IMG/VR virus record: IMGVR_UViG_3300004255_000002
Location: 1 to 64,000 of that record
Direction: 5' to 3' (one strand)
Origin: a virus
Lineage: Duplodnaviria; Caudoviricetes
Length of the DNA stretch: 64,000 nt
Positions 1 through 8,193 of this stretch are shown piece by piece. Position numbers and translations under genes: made by a program. The stretch's first letter is position 1. Each line of letters opens with the position of its first letter. Under the pieces are notes generated by a model that was not told the DNA's origin, made no database searches, and saw only the letters and a program-made list of their open reading frames with translations.

Positions 1-50
1 AAGACCAAAACAACACCTCAAAAACTAATATTAAAAACAAGGAGATAGAT

Positions 51-263
51 ATGTTCGTAGTAACAGGTCAGCATAAGGATGGAGTGACAGGCCATGTATC
101 AAAAGGTCAGGTTACACTGGTAGGCAACCCGACGATTTACCGCAGAGAGACCAGCGCGATTGCAGGACGATTAGAGGCTCACCGTCAGCTAGGCGAGGTT
201 GGTATGGGTTGGGATTTAGATATTCAGCCACTGGCAGAGTATGTTACTACCGCTAATAAATAA
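51..263 (+). CDS. hypothetical protein
   Basis: 70-aa ORF with GGAG RBS at 41-44; overlaps next gene. Confidence 0.65.
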   Translation: MFVVTGQHKDGVTGHVSKGQVTLVGNPTIYRRETSAIAGRLEAHRQLGEVGMGWDLDIQPLAEYVTTANK

Positions 264-549
264 GTCTATTGTTCGGACGGTATACCACTACCTCGTACAA
301 CAAGCCACTAACAACATGCTCACCATAGATGATGCATCGTTTATTAAGTGTTGGAATGCCGAGGAGCCTGTGCATGATATCCTCGACCTAAACGTCACAG
401 GCCTTCAAGATTTAGGTATGGTATGTGAGCAGTACGGCTACCTCTTAATGTGGGAGAACGGCATGCTAAGAATAGAGGATATGAATAAGCCACCACAGGA
501 ATACACCGCGTATGACGTGATGGGAAACCAACTAAAGTACATAATATGA
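241..549 (+). CDS. hypothetical protein
   Basis: 102-aa ORF; ATGA-coupled to next gene. Confidence 0.65.
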   Translation: MLLPLINKSIVRTVYHYLVQQATNNMLTIDDASFIKCWNAEEPVHDILDLNVTGLQDLGMVCEQYGYLLMWENGMLRIEDMNKPPQEYTAYDVMGNQLKYII

Positions 550-1010
550 AAAAACGTAAACCACAAAGACAAAAACCCAGACCACCCATGCTCGTGCTTC
601 GCCACCTGCATACCAGCAAAATTGAAATCCACGAAGTGATGGCGGTACAGGCGTTCGCTAAAGGCTTCGCCACCAAACACCATTACGATACTATCCTAGA
701 TATGCAGGGTGTGATGTTGATGGCTGGCGAGACCGCACCCCATCGCAAGTACGCCAAGGACTATGCCAATAACGTGATTGGTCCTGTCATCCTAAATATT
801 AAGGCGCGATACGACAAGACAGGTAAGTTAGGGGTATCAGCGTATGACCTAGCCCACCTGCGGGAGTTTCTACAGCACTACAAAGAGTTCTGGGCGCGGC
901 AACCGACTGAGCTGTATATGGAAGTGTGTCAGCGGTTGCAATCCCACTACCAAAACATGAAAGACGACGCACCGCTCATTCAACAACCAGCCACCCAAGG
1001 ACAATCATGA
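546..1010 (+). CDS. hypothetical protein
   Basis: 154-aa ORF with ATGA overlaps at both ends. Confidence 0.75.
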   Translation: MKKRKPQRQKPRPPMLVLRHLHTSKIEIHEVMAVQAFAKGFATKHHYDTILDMQGVMLMAGETAPHRKYAKDYANNVIGPVILNIKARYDKTGKLGVSAYDLAHLREFLQHYKEFWARQPTELYMEVCQRLQSHYQNMKDDAPLIQQPATQGQS

Positions 1011-1459
1011 CCAGAGAACTACAAAAGCACCGTACCTTCCTACGAGTAGCCACATCCCTAGCAACCTTGGCAACGTGTAAACGCCGTCAGGTCGGGTGCG
1101 TGATGGTAGACCACAAATTCCGTATTCTAGCTTCTGGCTACAACGGTACACCCGCTGGTGCAGTTAATTGCACAGAAGTTCCATGTAAGGGCGCAGGTTA
1201 CCCGTCAGGTCAAGGATTGGAGTTTTGTGAGGCATTACATGCAGAGCAGAATGCCTTGATACAGCTAAAAGAGCCAGAGCGTGTGGCCTACATCTACAAC
1301 ACGGCATCACCCTGCATGCACTGTGTAAAGATGCTAGCCAATACCTCTGCACACACTATCGTGTTTGCGCAAGAGTACCCACACTACGAAGCAAGAGACT
1401 ACTGGTTAGCTCTAGGTCGTGAGTGGTTACACATCAAAGATATACAGGAGCCAGTATGA
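1007..1459 (+). CDS. dCMP deaminase
   Basis: HAEQNA and PCMHC zinc motifs, CKRRQVG and GYNG motifs; start moved to ATG 1007 (ATGA overlap, AAGGA RBS). Confidence 0.92.
   Translation: MTRELQKHRTFLRVATSLATLATCKRRQVGCVMVDHKFRILASGYNGTPAGAVNCTEVPCKGAGYPSGQGLEFCEALHAEQNALIQLKEPERVAYIYNTASPCMHCVKMLANTSAHTIVFAQEYPHYEARDYWLALGREWLHIKDIQEPV
1159..1172. repeat. TGCA-box copy (TGCAGTTAATTGCA), inside dCMP deaminase
   Basis: read directly; 1 of 18 copies. Confidence 0.85.
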
Positions 1460-1959
1460 GCATACGCATCCCAGAAGACCAGATAGGCACCGAGGCAGAA
1501 AACGTGGGCATCGATAAGCTTAAATACCCATGGAAGGTGACCTCCTATAAATGTTGGGATGGATACCCCCTAACTAAAACCTATCAGGTGGAAGGCCACT
1601 ACCGATGGTACTGGCAAGCTAACCTCGTGTCATGGTGGGTGCACCACTTCTGGGGTCTTGCGTGTAACACATGGAGATTTAAACCAGAAAACGAGGTCAA
1701 AATGAATGCATCAGCCTTATCTATACTAGTCAAACTAGTGGACGCCATCGCAGTAGATGTGCCTATTGAACGTAACCGTAATGTGTATCTGTGGGTGCAA
1801 AGTAAGTATGGTGAAGAGGTGGCAGATGCATGGCTAGAAGGCCTCCTGCACATCGTCAGCACAGGTAGGCCAGAGGTGTTAGAGGTTGGTCGGGCTATGG
1901 GTGTTAAGCACTACCGTGAAGCCGTGGATAAGGTGCTCACTGAAATAAAGCTTGACTAA
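1456..1959 (+). CDS. hypothetical protein
   Basis: ORF; start moved to 1456 (CAGGAG RBS, ATGA overlap). Confidence 0.7.
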   Translation: MSIRIPEDQIGTEAENVGIDKLKYPWKVTSYKCWDGYPLTKTYQVEGHYRWYWQANLVSWWVHHFWGLACNTWRFKPENEVKMNASALSILVKLVDAIAVDVPIERNRNVYLWVQSKYGEEVADAWLEGLLHIVSTGRPEVLEVGRAMGVKHYREAVDKVLTEIKLD

Positions 1960-1979
1960 TTTAGTTAATATGCTATCAT
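1952..1979 (+). promoter_or_regulatory. early-class sigma70-type promoter
   Basis: TTGACT-16bp-TATCAT with extended -10 TG; matches 11-member family. Confidence 0.8.
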
Positions 1980-2009
1980 GAATATAGTTAGATAACCCAA
2001 GGAAACCAA

Positions 2010-2369
2010 ATGGCAATAACACTCAAAAAGAAGCCAGCACCAGAACCAGCCAAACTAAGCAAGCAAGAGCTTAAAGACCTAGTGGCGGCGGGGTTGGTAG
2101 AAGCACCAGCAGAACCTATCGCACCTCAATTCCAGCTCCACGTAGGCACCCGCGTAGTGGTCAATCATGGCCTATTCCCATGGGTACCCCACTACAAAGA
2201 AGGCGATACAGGCACTGTGCTTAGTATCACCACAGCTAAAGATAAGGTACTCAATGACATCCACCGTTATGACCTAGTTGCAGTGCGCCTAGACACACCG
2301 CACACCGATGAGGTGGTAACGCTCAGTCGTTGGGAGCTAGCACCAGAACCAACCGAGCAGGAGGACTAA
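2010..2369 (+). CDS. hypothetical protein, possible SH3/KOW-like beta domain
   Basis: ORF after promoter; VGTRVVV...GDTGTVLSI...VAVRLD pattern. Confidence 0.65.
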   Translation: MAITLKKKPAPEPAKLSKQELKDLVAAGLVEAPAEPIAPQFQLHVGTRVVVNHGLFPWVPHYKEGDTGTVLSITTAKDKVLNDIHRYDLVAVRLDTPHTDEVVTLSRWELAPEPTEQED

Positions 2370-2585
2370 ATGGACAAGCGTTTCTACATTGTGTACGGGT
2401 GTATCGCGTTCCTATTCGTGGACATCCTCATGCTACTGGCACTGACCTATCGCTGGTGGACAACCCCAATTGAGCAGAACCTATCTAACCTAATGATGCT
2501 ACTTATCGTGGTGGCTATCGTGGGTATCTGCGTAGTAATCGACGCCTTGCATGACATAGGCTCAGACGAACCTAATGGAGACTAG
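2370..2585 (+). CDS. small membrane protein
   Basis: two hydrophobic stretches; GGAGGA RBS. Confidence 0.7.
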   Translation: MDKRFYIVYGCIAFLFVDILMLLALTYRWWTTPIEQNLSNLMMLLIVVAIVGICVVIDALHDIGSDEPNGD

Positions 2586-3141
2586 TATGGACATAGAATC
2601 ATCAACCACGATTAAGCATGTGTTCTCAGGCGTCCCTAACCTAGACCCGATTGCTTTGTACATAGAGAACTATGGCAAAGGAGCGGGTAAGGTAGTGATT
2701 ACCTGCTTCGACGAGTCATGGACACATTTCTGGTCACATATGGGTGAAGGGCATACGATAGAATCCTTTATGAAGACGTGCTCAGACCAGTACCTTGTAG
2801 GTAAGTTTATGCGCGGCAGAAACGACACTGAGTGTGATGTGGAAGCTACAGTAAAGGCGGCGAAAGCACTACTGCTTAAGGAGCGCAGAGCCAGAGAACG
2901 GGATAAAGGTAGAACCTTGGACTTATGGGCGGCACTAGAGCATGTAGATGAGGTCCCTACATCCCTACACCATGAGCAGGTAGATATGTGGATAGATATA
3001 TTTGGGGACGAGTTTTGGTGTGGGTTTGTGAATAAGCCAACCGATGCGTACCTGTATTTAACTCGTGTCGTGCAGACAGTAAAAGAAGGACTAGCCCAAC
3101 TAGCGAAAGAGGCCGAAAATGGTAATGATACTAAGGACTAA
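2575..3141 (+). CDS. hypothetical phage protein
   Basis: 188-aa ORF; start could be 2587. Confidence 0.75.
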   Translation: METSMDIESSTTIKHVFSGVPNLDPIALYIENYGKGAGKVVITCFDESWTHFWSHMGEGHTIESFMKTCSDQYLVGKFMRGRNDTECDVEATVKAAKALLLKERRARERDKGRTLDLWAALEHVDEVPTSLHHEQVDMWIDIFGDEFWCGFVNKPTDAYLYLTRVVQTVKEGLAQLAKEAENGNDTKD

Positions 3142-3394
3142 CATGCTCAGGTCGATGGCTATGGTGGCGGCACAGCTCCAGTTAGAGAGACGCCTAACAA
3201 ACGACTACCAAGAGCTACTAATTTGCGTGGAGCCACCGCCACGCGGCTTGATGGCGCGGCTAGAGGCGTTGGCTAAAGAATACGAAGAACCCGTACCAAT
3301 CAGGGCTAGGCGTGATGACCAAGTAATTCATGAGTACCATGCACCCAGACAACGTAAGAGTAAGAAGAAGCGCGACCCAAACCGCTGGAGATAA
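3119..3394 (+). CDS. hypothetical protein
   Basis: 91-aa ORF with basic C-terminus; ends just before promoter. Confidence 0.6.
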   Translation: MVMILRTNMLRSMAMVAAQLQLERRLTNDYQELLICVEPPPRGLMARLEALAKEYEEPVPIRARRDDQVIHEYHAPRQRKSKKKRDPNRWR

Positions 3395-3397
3395 TGC

Positions 3398-3425
3398 TTG
3401 ACTAATTTAGTCAATCTGATATTAT
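3398..3425 (+). promoter_or_regulatory. early-class promoter with perfect 17-bp palindrome over -35
   Basis: TTGACTAA-T-TTAGTCAA then TCTGA TATTAT; 16-bp spacer. Confidence 0.85.
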
Positions 3426-3448
3426 AACTATATCGACAAACTCATACC

Positions 3449-3460
3449 GCCATGGAGGGC
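3449..3460 (+). promoter_or_regulatory. SD hairpin, CsrA/RsmA-type site
   Basis: GCC-ATGGAG-GGC: 3-bp stem, ANGGAN hexaloop. Confidence 0.7.
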
Positions 3461-3463
3461 AAC

Positions 3464-3538
3464 ATGAAAACCGAATTAGCGCAACAACTAGCAAGACGTG
3501 TGGCATTAGAAGAATTGATAGGCACCTATCATGAGTAA
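3464..3538 (+). CDS. 24-aa small ORF (MKTELAQQLARRVALEELIGTYHE)
   Basis: translated by hand; strong GGAGG RBS, first gene after promoter, overlaps next ATG. Confidence 0.6.
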   Translation: MKTELAQQLARRVALEELIGTYHE

Positions 3539-4001
3539 TGCATTAACCCTAATCCACCTACCCCTAATACACGACTACATCAAACTCCACGAGGGATTTG
3601 GTGCGCAACACATCCCATACATGCACAGGTTACTCAAACTACATGGCGTGGGCTTCGTACCTTCTGAACGCCCTAAGCACATCAAAAAGATGCGTAACGG
3701 GGAATGCTTTCATAACGCCAGTAAGATGGCAGACAAGCATGACCTAATCTACGTAGAGGGCTTCGCTATGAGCGTAATCCCTATCCATCATGCGTGGTGT
3801 GTAGACTCAGACGGCGCGGTAATCGACCCTACATGGCAGACAGCAGGTACAGAGTATTTCGGTATTCCGTTCGACCCCGACTACTGCCGTAAGGTGGCAC
3901 TGGAGTCAGGCTTCTACGGCATCCTAGATAATTACCGTAGCCGTGACATATACACCGCAGAACCAGATGAGTTCCTATACAAGGGGGAGAAGGAATGGTA
4001 A
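3531..4001 (+). CDS. papain/transglutaminase-like protein (Cys-His-Asp), paralog 1
   Basis: ECFHNA...YVEGFA...HHAWCVD...VIDPTW. Confidence 0.6.
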   Translation: MSNALTLIHLPLIHDYIKLHEGFGAQHIPYMHRLLKLHGVGFVPSERPKHIKKMRNGECFHNASKMADKHDLIYVEGFAMSVIPIHHAWCVDSDGAVIDPTWQTAGTEYFGIPFDPDYCRKVALESGFYGILDNYRSRDIYTAEPDEFLYKGEKEW

Positions 4002-4498
4002 TCCCAATGGAACGGTGGCGTTGTGTCTGGGTACCGACTGCTATAGGCAGGGTGCTGTATGACAAGGAGATGGAGGCCAGTAGGGTTAAGCACTACGCAC
4101 CAATCCTGTATAAGCACTCTACGGAGTTCAACCAAAGAGCATACAATCAAGAGGTTTACGGCAAGCCTAATCCCCATGCCCGTTGTTACGATAACGCATT
4201 AAAAACCGCCGTGAAGCATGGGCTAAGGTACTGTGAGGGGTTTATGGAGATATCCTCAGAGCGCGGCCTTCTCACAATCGGTCATGGCTTCTGCGTGGAT
4301 TCTGATGGTTTTGTGGTGGATACTACTATCGGACCTAACCAGAATCATATGGACGTGAGGTACGTGGGCGTAGCAATTAGAACCGATTACGTACAGCAAC
4401 AAGCAAAGAATAACGGTTACGTTGGGGTATTAGATGGGCACCCAGACGGCAGAACCAACACTATTTATAACCACAGCCCAGAGGTATGGAAGCCATGA
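3995..4498 (+). CDS. papain/transglutaminase-like protein (Cys-His-Asp), paralog 2
   Basis: RCYDNA...YCEGFM...GHGFCVDSDGFVVDTT; shares CVDSDG with upstream gene. Confidence 0.6.
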   Translation: MVIPMERWRCVWVPTAIGRVLYDKEMEASRVKHYAPILYKHSTEFNQRAYNQEVYGKPNPHARCYDNALKTAVKHGLRYCEGFMEISSERGLLTIGHGFCVDSDGFVVDTTIGPNQNHMDVRYVGVAIRTDYVQQQAKNNGYVGVLDGHPDGRTNTIYNHSPEVWKP

Positions 4499-4770
4499 TG
4501 ACAGAACTAATGCAGACGGACATCCTAGCTATCTCACAGGTAACGAGATACGACTACCATTACGCACCGCCCCCAATCGTGTTGTGCTTCCTACAGCGAG
4601 CGGTTAACGAGTTGCCAGAGGGCTACTACGCCTTACTCTGGTCAATGAACAGGGCTGTATCCATCTTTAAGGGTGACCAGTTCCAGTTCTCTATCAGCTA
4701 TGAGGCGATTGAAGAGAACATCGTGGGTTGCCTAGACAACATCAAAGAGGTAGACACATGGCAGAGCTAG
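4495..4770 (+). CDS. hypothetical protein
   Basis: ORF with ATGA overlap. Confidence 0.6.
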   Translation: MMTELMQTDILAISQVTRYDYHYAPPPIVLCFLQRAVNELPEGYYALLWSMNRAVSIFKGDQFQFSISYEAIEENIVGCLDNIKEVDTWQS

Positions 4771-5060
4771 ACGATGATATGGGTGATATGTGGCGTCACG
4801 TAAAGGCTGAACGTCAGCTTAAGCATGCCAAGATGAAGCAAGTCAACACTAAGGTAATTGTGGATGCAGGAATCCCACACAAGACCACGAATCAGGGCGA
4901 GACCATACTGCTGAGAGAAGCAGGAATGCCTGTGGTGGACTTCTATCCTAGTAGTGGGCGCTGGTATACCCAACCGACCCCTAAAGAGAAGCGGGGGCGT
5001 ACATACAACGGCGGCGCGAAGTCTTTTCTAGTGTGGTATGAGAAACGGAGACCCAAATGA
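4758..5060 (+). CDS. hypothetical phage protein
   Basis: start moved to 4758 (GAGG RBS); basic protein. Confidence 0.7.
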   Translation: MAELDDDMGDMWRHVKAERQLKHAKMKQVNTKVIVDAGIPHKTTNQGETILLREAGMPVVDFYPSSGRWYTQPTPKEKRGRTYNGGAKSFLVWYEKRRPK

Positions 5061-5611
5061 GTAGCTACTTCCAACAACGACTAGACATAGCCGAAATCGC
5101 CTCTAAACTACACAAGGCGGGTGTCGGGCATGCTACTAAACCGTTCAATAAAAACCTCTTAGTGTTTGAAGGATTCACCGAAGACCTAGAGATGGCTAGG
5201 CGCGTTATTGATATGCTGTATAAATGCCGTCTAGTGTATAGAAATAGCAAGGCTGGTAAGAAGGACAAACAGTATCAGTACAGCTTTAATTACACTAAGA
5301 CCAAGCTAACAGACCCTGTGGCTATATCTACGTATCTACACAAGGCCACCAAGCAGTATGGGAAAGAGAAGAAAACCAAGCCTAAGACTAAAGTCACAGT
5401 GAAGTCTAAGGCCGTGGTGGTCAGTGACAAAACAATACCCCACCACACAGTTACCGTGGTGAGAACCAACATAGAGCATGTGCGTATTAGTGTGCCAGTC
5501 AACTACACTCATGACCAGTGCAAGGTAGAGGCGATGGAAGTAGCCCAGTGGGAGCTCTACAGCTCAAGTACTAATACCATTATCAACACATCAATGGCGG
5601 TGCATTCATAA
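5057..5611 (+). CDS. hypothetical basic protein
   Basis: 184-aa ORF, Lys-rich middle. Confidence 0.7.
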   Translation: MSSYFQQRLDIAEIASKLHKAGVGHATKPFNKNLLVFEGFTEDLEMARRVIDMLYKCRLVYRNSKAGKKDKQYQYSFNYTKTKLTDPVAISTYLHKATKQYGKEKKTKPKTKVTVKSKAVVVSDKTIPHHTVTVVRTNIEHVRISVPVNYTHDQCKVEAMEVAQWELYSSSTNTIINTSMAVHS

Positions 5612-6237
5612 TGGCCTACATTAAAGGAAACAAGTCAGGACTGGTGCCGACCAATAACCCTGCACCAAAGACACCACGACCACCCGCGATTAAGAAGCAA
5701 CACATCTGCCACATTTGCGGCGGCACAATTAACGTGCGCAAAAACAATTGCTTTGAGATGGACGAAGACGAACCAACCTGCATGAGTTGCGTGAGCTTTT
5801 TCGGGCTATCAGAGATGGGCGGTGGAGTTACTACTGATTCCCCTAAGGATGCCAAGGCTAAGATAGAAAGACTGCGCGAGGCTAAATACGCACTCATACT
5901 GAAAACCCAATCCTTTGTATCGCCGTCAGGAATAGATTTTACAGTGGAGATTGGTGACGTATTCCCCGTGGCTCGTATTGGCTCAGAGATGCTAGACCAG
6001 ACAGGCACTTGTGAGATGGCGCGGACCAAGGCTATGCATACCATAGAACTCAATATCGGTGGTATTATGCTTACGCTGTATACCCACGAGTTTGGGGTGC
6101 TCACCTTTACTGAAATCATGATGCTACGCAAGGAAGGGGAGTTAGAGGATGCCTTCATTAGTGCTGACGATAAGGTAGGATTCTTTACCCCTAGTGCGGC
6201 TGTGCGCGAGGTTGTGCATGCTCAGTTTGTGCGATAG
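5611..6237 (+). CDS. hypothetical protein with Zn-finger
   Basis: CHIC...CMSC; TAATG coupling. Confidence 0.7.
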   Translation: MAYIKGNKSGLVPTNNPAPKTPRPPAIKKQHICHICGGTINVRKNNCFEMDEDEPTCMSCVSFFGLSEMGGGVTTDSPKDAKAKIERLREAKYALILKTQSFVSPSGIDFTVEIGDVFPVARIGSEMLDQTGTCEMARTKAMHTIELNIGGIMLTLYTHEFGVLTFTEIMMLRKEGELEDAFISADDKVGFFTPSAAVREVVHAQFVR

Positions 6238-6240
6238 TTC

Positions 6241-6268
6241 TTGACAAATTAACCCAATCTGATACTAT
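6241..6268 (+). promoter_or_regulatory. early-class promoter
   Basis: TTGACA-16bp-TACTAT with TG. Confidence 0.85.
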
Positions 6269-6278
6269 AAGGTATAGG

Positions 6279-6292
6279 GCACAAGGAGGTGC
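6279..6292 (+). promoter_or_regulatory. SD hairpin, CsrA/RsmA-type site
   Basis: GCAC-AAGGAG-GTGC; matches (A/U)CANGGANG(U/A). Confidence 0.75.
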
Positions 6293-6295
6293 GAG

Positions 6296-6634
6296 ATGAA
6301 ATCAGATACCGTATGGGATAAAGAGAAAATCCAACAACTACTATCCACGAATGACAGAGCCGTCGCTCGTGCGGTGGTGGTTATTTACCAGAGGCAGACA
6401 GATGAAGAACGCGGGAGCGGGAAGTCTACAGTCAGCAATGGAAAGGGCTTTACTAAATTTGATGCAGAGTTCATGAGTTCCATCGCCAGAACGCTCCTTA
6501 CCAGAGGCTCACTAACCCCAAAACAATTAGCCATAACCAGAAACAGAGTTAAGAAGTACTGGCGTCAATTGGTGGAGCTAGCTAACCTCACCACAGCAGT
6601 TCAAGAGTACGAAAGGATGAGCAATGGCGAGTAG
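6296..6634 (+). CDS. hypothetical phage protein
   Basis: 112 aa; RQT.DE...NG.GF..FDA...SxKQ pattern typical of phage early proteins. Confidence 0.8.
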   Translation: MKSDTVWDKEKIQQLLSTNDRAVARAVVVIYQRQTDEERGSGKSTVSNGKGFTKFDAEFMSSIARTLLTRGSLTPKQLAITRNRVKKYWRQLVELANLTTAVQEYERMSNGE

Positions 6635-6848
6635 GAAAATCGTGATTGAGGGATGCGGTGTATGCCCTCACAGAGACCATAGAGGTGCGTTCGGTGCCGT
6701 AGGGTACATACCAAAGTGTGGCAAGATGAACAGAGACTTACCGTTCACAGCAGTCACACAAGAATGTCAGGGACGAAAAGGGCACTACAATACCGTAGCG
6801 GTGGGCACTGGAGTAATCCCAGACTGGTGTCCACTAGAGAAAAACTAG
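6624..6848 (+). CDS. small Cys-rich protein
   Basis: CGVCPH...C...C...WCPL. Confidence 0.7.
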   Translation: MASRKIVIEGCGVCPHRDHRGAFGAVGYIPKCGKMNRDLPFTAVTQECQGRKGHYNTVAVGTGVIPDWCPLEKN

Positions 6849-6862
6849 TGCAATTAACTGCA
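6849..6862. repeat. TGCA-box copy (TGCAATTAACTGCA), between stop codon and promoter
   Basis: read directly. Confidence 0.85.
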
Positions 6863-6870
6863 CAAAGTTG

Positions 6871-6898
6871 TTGACTAATTATGTGAATATGCTATTAT
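6871..6898 (+). promoter_or_regulatory. early-class promoter
   Basis: TTGACT-16bp-TATTAT with TG. Confidence 0.85.
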
Positions 6899-6919
6899 AC
6901 ATATAGCGCAATTGTATAA

Positions 6920-6931
6920 ACCACGGAGGGT
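6920..6931 (+). promoter_or_regulatory. SD hairpin, CsrA/RsmA-type site
   Basis: ACC-ACGGAG-GGT. Confidence 0.7.
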
Positions 6932-6937
6932 GACATC

Positions 6938-7162
6938 ATGCAAGTACACGCAACTACAGATAGAAAACTACAAGGCCAAGCGACTTCTAACGGTTGGGAT
7001 GTGGTCAAGGTTCCAAGTAGCTCAAACCCAAACATTGAATACACGGTAGACATCACCTTAGGCCGTTGTTCCTGCCCAGCATGGACACGTCAGCGCGAGG
7101 TAAATGGTGTGCGCAAGCCATGTAAACATCTGGTGGCCTTAGGCTTTAAGGCGGTAGCATAA
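6938..7162 (+). CDS. SWIM zinc-finger protein
   Basis: YTV...CSCP...CKH motif. Confidence 0.85.
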   Translation: MQVHATTDRKLQGQATSNGWDVVKVPSSSNPNIEYTVDITLGRCSCPAWTRQREVNGVRKPCKHLVALGFKAVA

Positions 7163-7347
7163 TGGCGTCAATCAACAGCAAAATCAAACAGCTCATGGGA
7201 TTAAAGCGCGGAGACCTCACCGACTGGGAGGCTAGCTTTATTCAGAGCATCAAAGAGAAGACCCAAGGCGGTAACCTTGTGGGCAACTTAACAGAAAAAC
7301 AATTAGATGCAATCGACAGCATCTACGATAAACACTTTGTGGGGTAA
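7162..7347 (+). CDS. hypothetical phage protein
   Basis: LTDWEASFI...LTEKQ pattern; TAATG coupling. Confidence 0.75.
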   Translation: MASINSKIKQLMGLKRGDLTDWEASFIQSIKEKTQGGNLVGNLTEKQLDAIDSIYDKHFVG

Positions 7348-7349
7348 TT

Positions 7350-7778
7350 ATGGACTTTACAGTAGGCATTACAGTTAATAACGCTTCTTTTGATGGTAGT
7401 GAAAGAGGGGAAGTCGCAGACATCCTACAGCACGTAGCCGAGAAGGTAAGAGACGGGTATCGCTTCATCCCTCAACTGCACGACAGCAACGGCAATATGG
7501 TCGGTAGCGCTACGTTCATTGAGCACTTGGTACCAGAGTGGCAGAAGATGAAGCTAACCTACGGGGAGGGCTATCGCCTCAATTATGGCAAGCTTAAGGT
7601 AGCGACAGTGAGCTATAACAGCATGAAGGCCAAGGGCGAGGCCGATAAAACCTACGTGGCCTATTTTTCTCTGGCTGATGATAAGCGTGTGTATGGAGAA
7701 AGCGAAGCAGAACTAAAAATCATGATGGAAAAACGATTTAGAGCATGGTTAAAGGAAATGAGGTTGACATATGCGTAA
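7350..7778 (+). CDS. hypothetical protein
   Basis: 142-aa ORF. Confidence 0.7.
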   Translation: MDFTVGITVNNASFDGSERGEVADILQHVAEKVRDGYRFIPQLHDSNGNMVGSATFIEHLVPEWQKMKLTYGEGYRLNYGKLKVATVSYNSMKAKGEADKTYVAYFSLADDKRVYGESEAELKIMMEKRFRAWLKEMRLTYA

Positions 7779-7953
7779 ACTTAAAAACAAACTAATCGGA
7801 TGGTATAAAGCCGTCACAGGGTTCAGCCTCTACCAGCTCGGTAAGCGGTCTTACTACAAACGGATGTATCGTGGACGGCTATCTAAGATAGAGGCAGTAG
7901 CCACGGCATACTACCTATACAAGGTAACAACCTCTGGGCTACCATTAAAATAA
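7771..7953 (+). CDS. small basic hypothetical protein
   Basis: 60-aa ORF with GAGG RBS. Confidence 0.6.
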   Translation: MRKLKNKLIGWYKAVTGFSLYQLGKRSYYKRMYRGRLSKIEAVATAYYLYKVTTSGLPLK

Positions 7954-7956
7954 ACC

Positions 7957-7984
7957 TTGACTAATTTATTCAATCTGTTAATAT
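7957..7984 (+). promoter_or_regulatory. early-class promoter
   Basis: TTGACT-16bp-TAATAT with TG. Confidence 0.8.
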
Positions 7985-8000
7985 ACTAGTAACAGACAAC

Positions 8001-8014
8001 GACCAAGGAGGGTC
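8001..8014 (+). promoter_or_regulatory. SD hairpin, CsrA/RsmA-type site
   Basis: GACC-AAGGAG-GGTC. Confidence 0.75.
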
Positions 8015-8016
8015 AC

Positions 8017-8193
8017 ATGAAACAACTAATCAAGGTGCAATTTAAGTTTAACGGCAAGGACGAACTACCAGCCAAAGGCACCGTGTTTCAGACAGGCTTT
8101 AAGTCCATGGAAGTTGCCGAGTACGAAATCAACCAAACCAATACAGCCAATAACGGCTGGTCAGCACAACTAGCGGAGACTACTAATGTTTAA
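8017..8193 (+). CDS. 58-aa hypothetical protein (MKQLIKVQFK...)
   Basis: translated by hand; strong RBS; overlaps ligase start. Confidence 0.7.
   Translation: MKQLIKVQFKFNGKDELPAKGTVFQTGFKSMEVAEYEINQTNTANNGWSAQLAETTNV

Noticed and set aside
1996-2009. SD hairpin after promoter 1952 (and after 57738)
   Set aside because: AAGGAA is present but the flanks do not pair; these leaders lack the ANGGAN hairpin.
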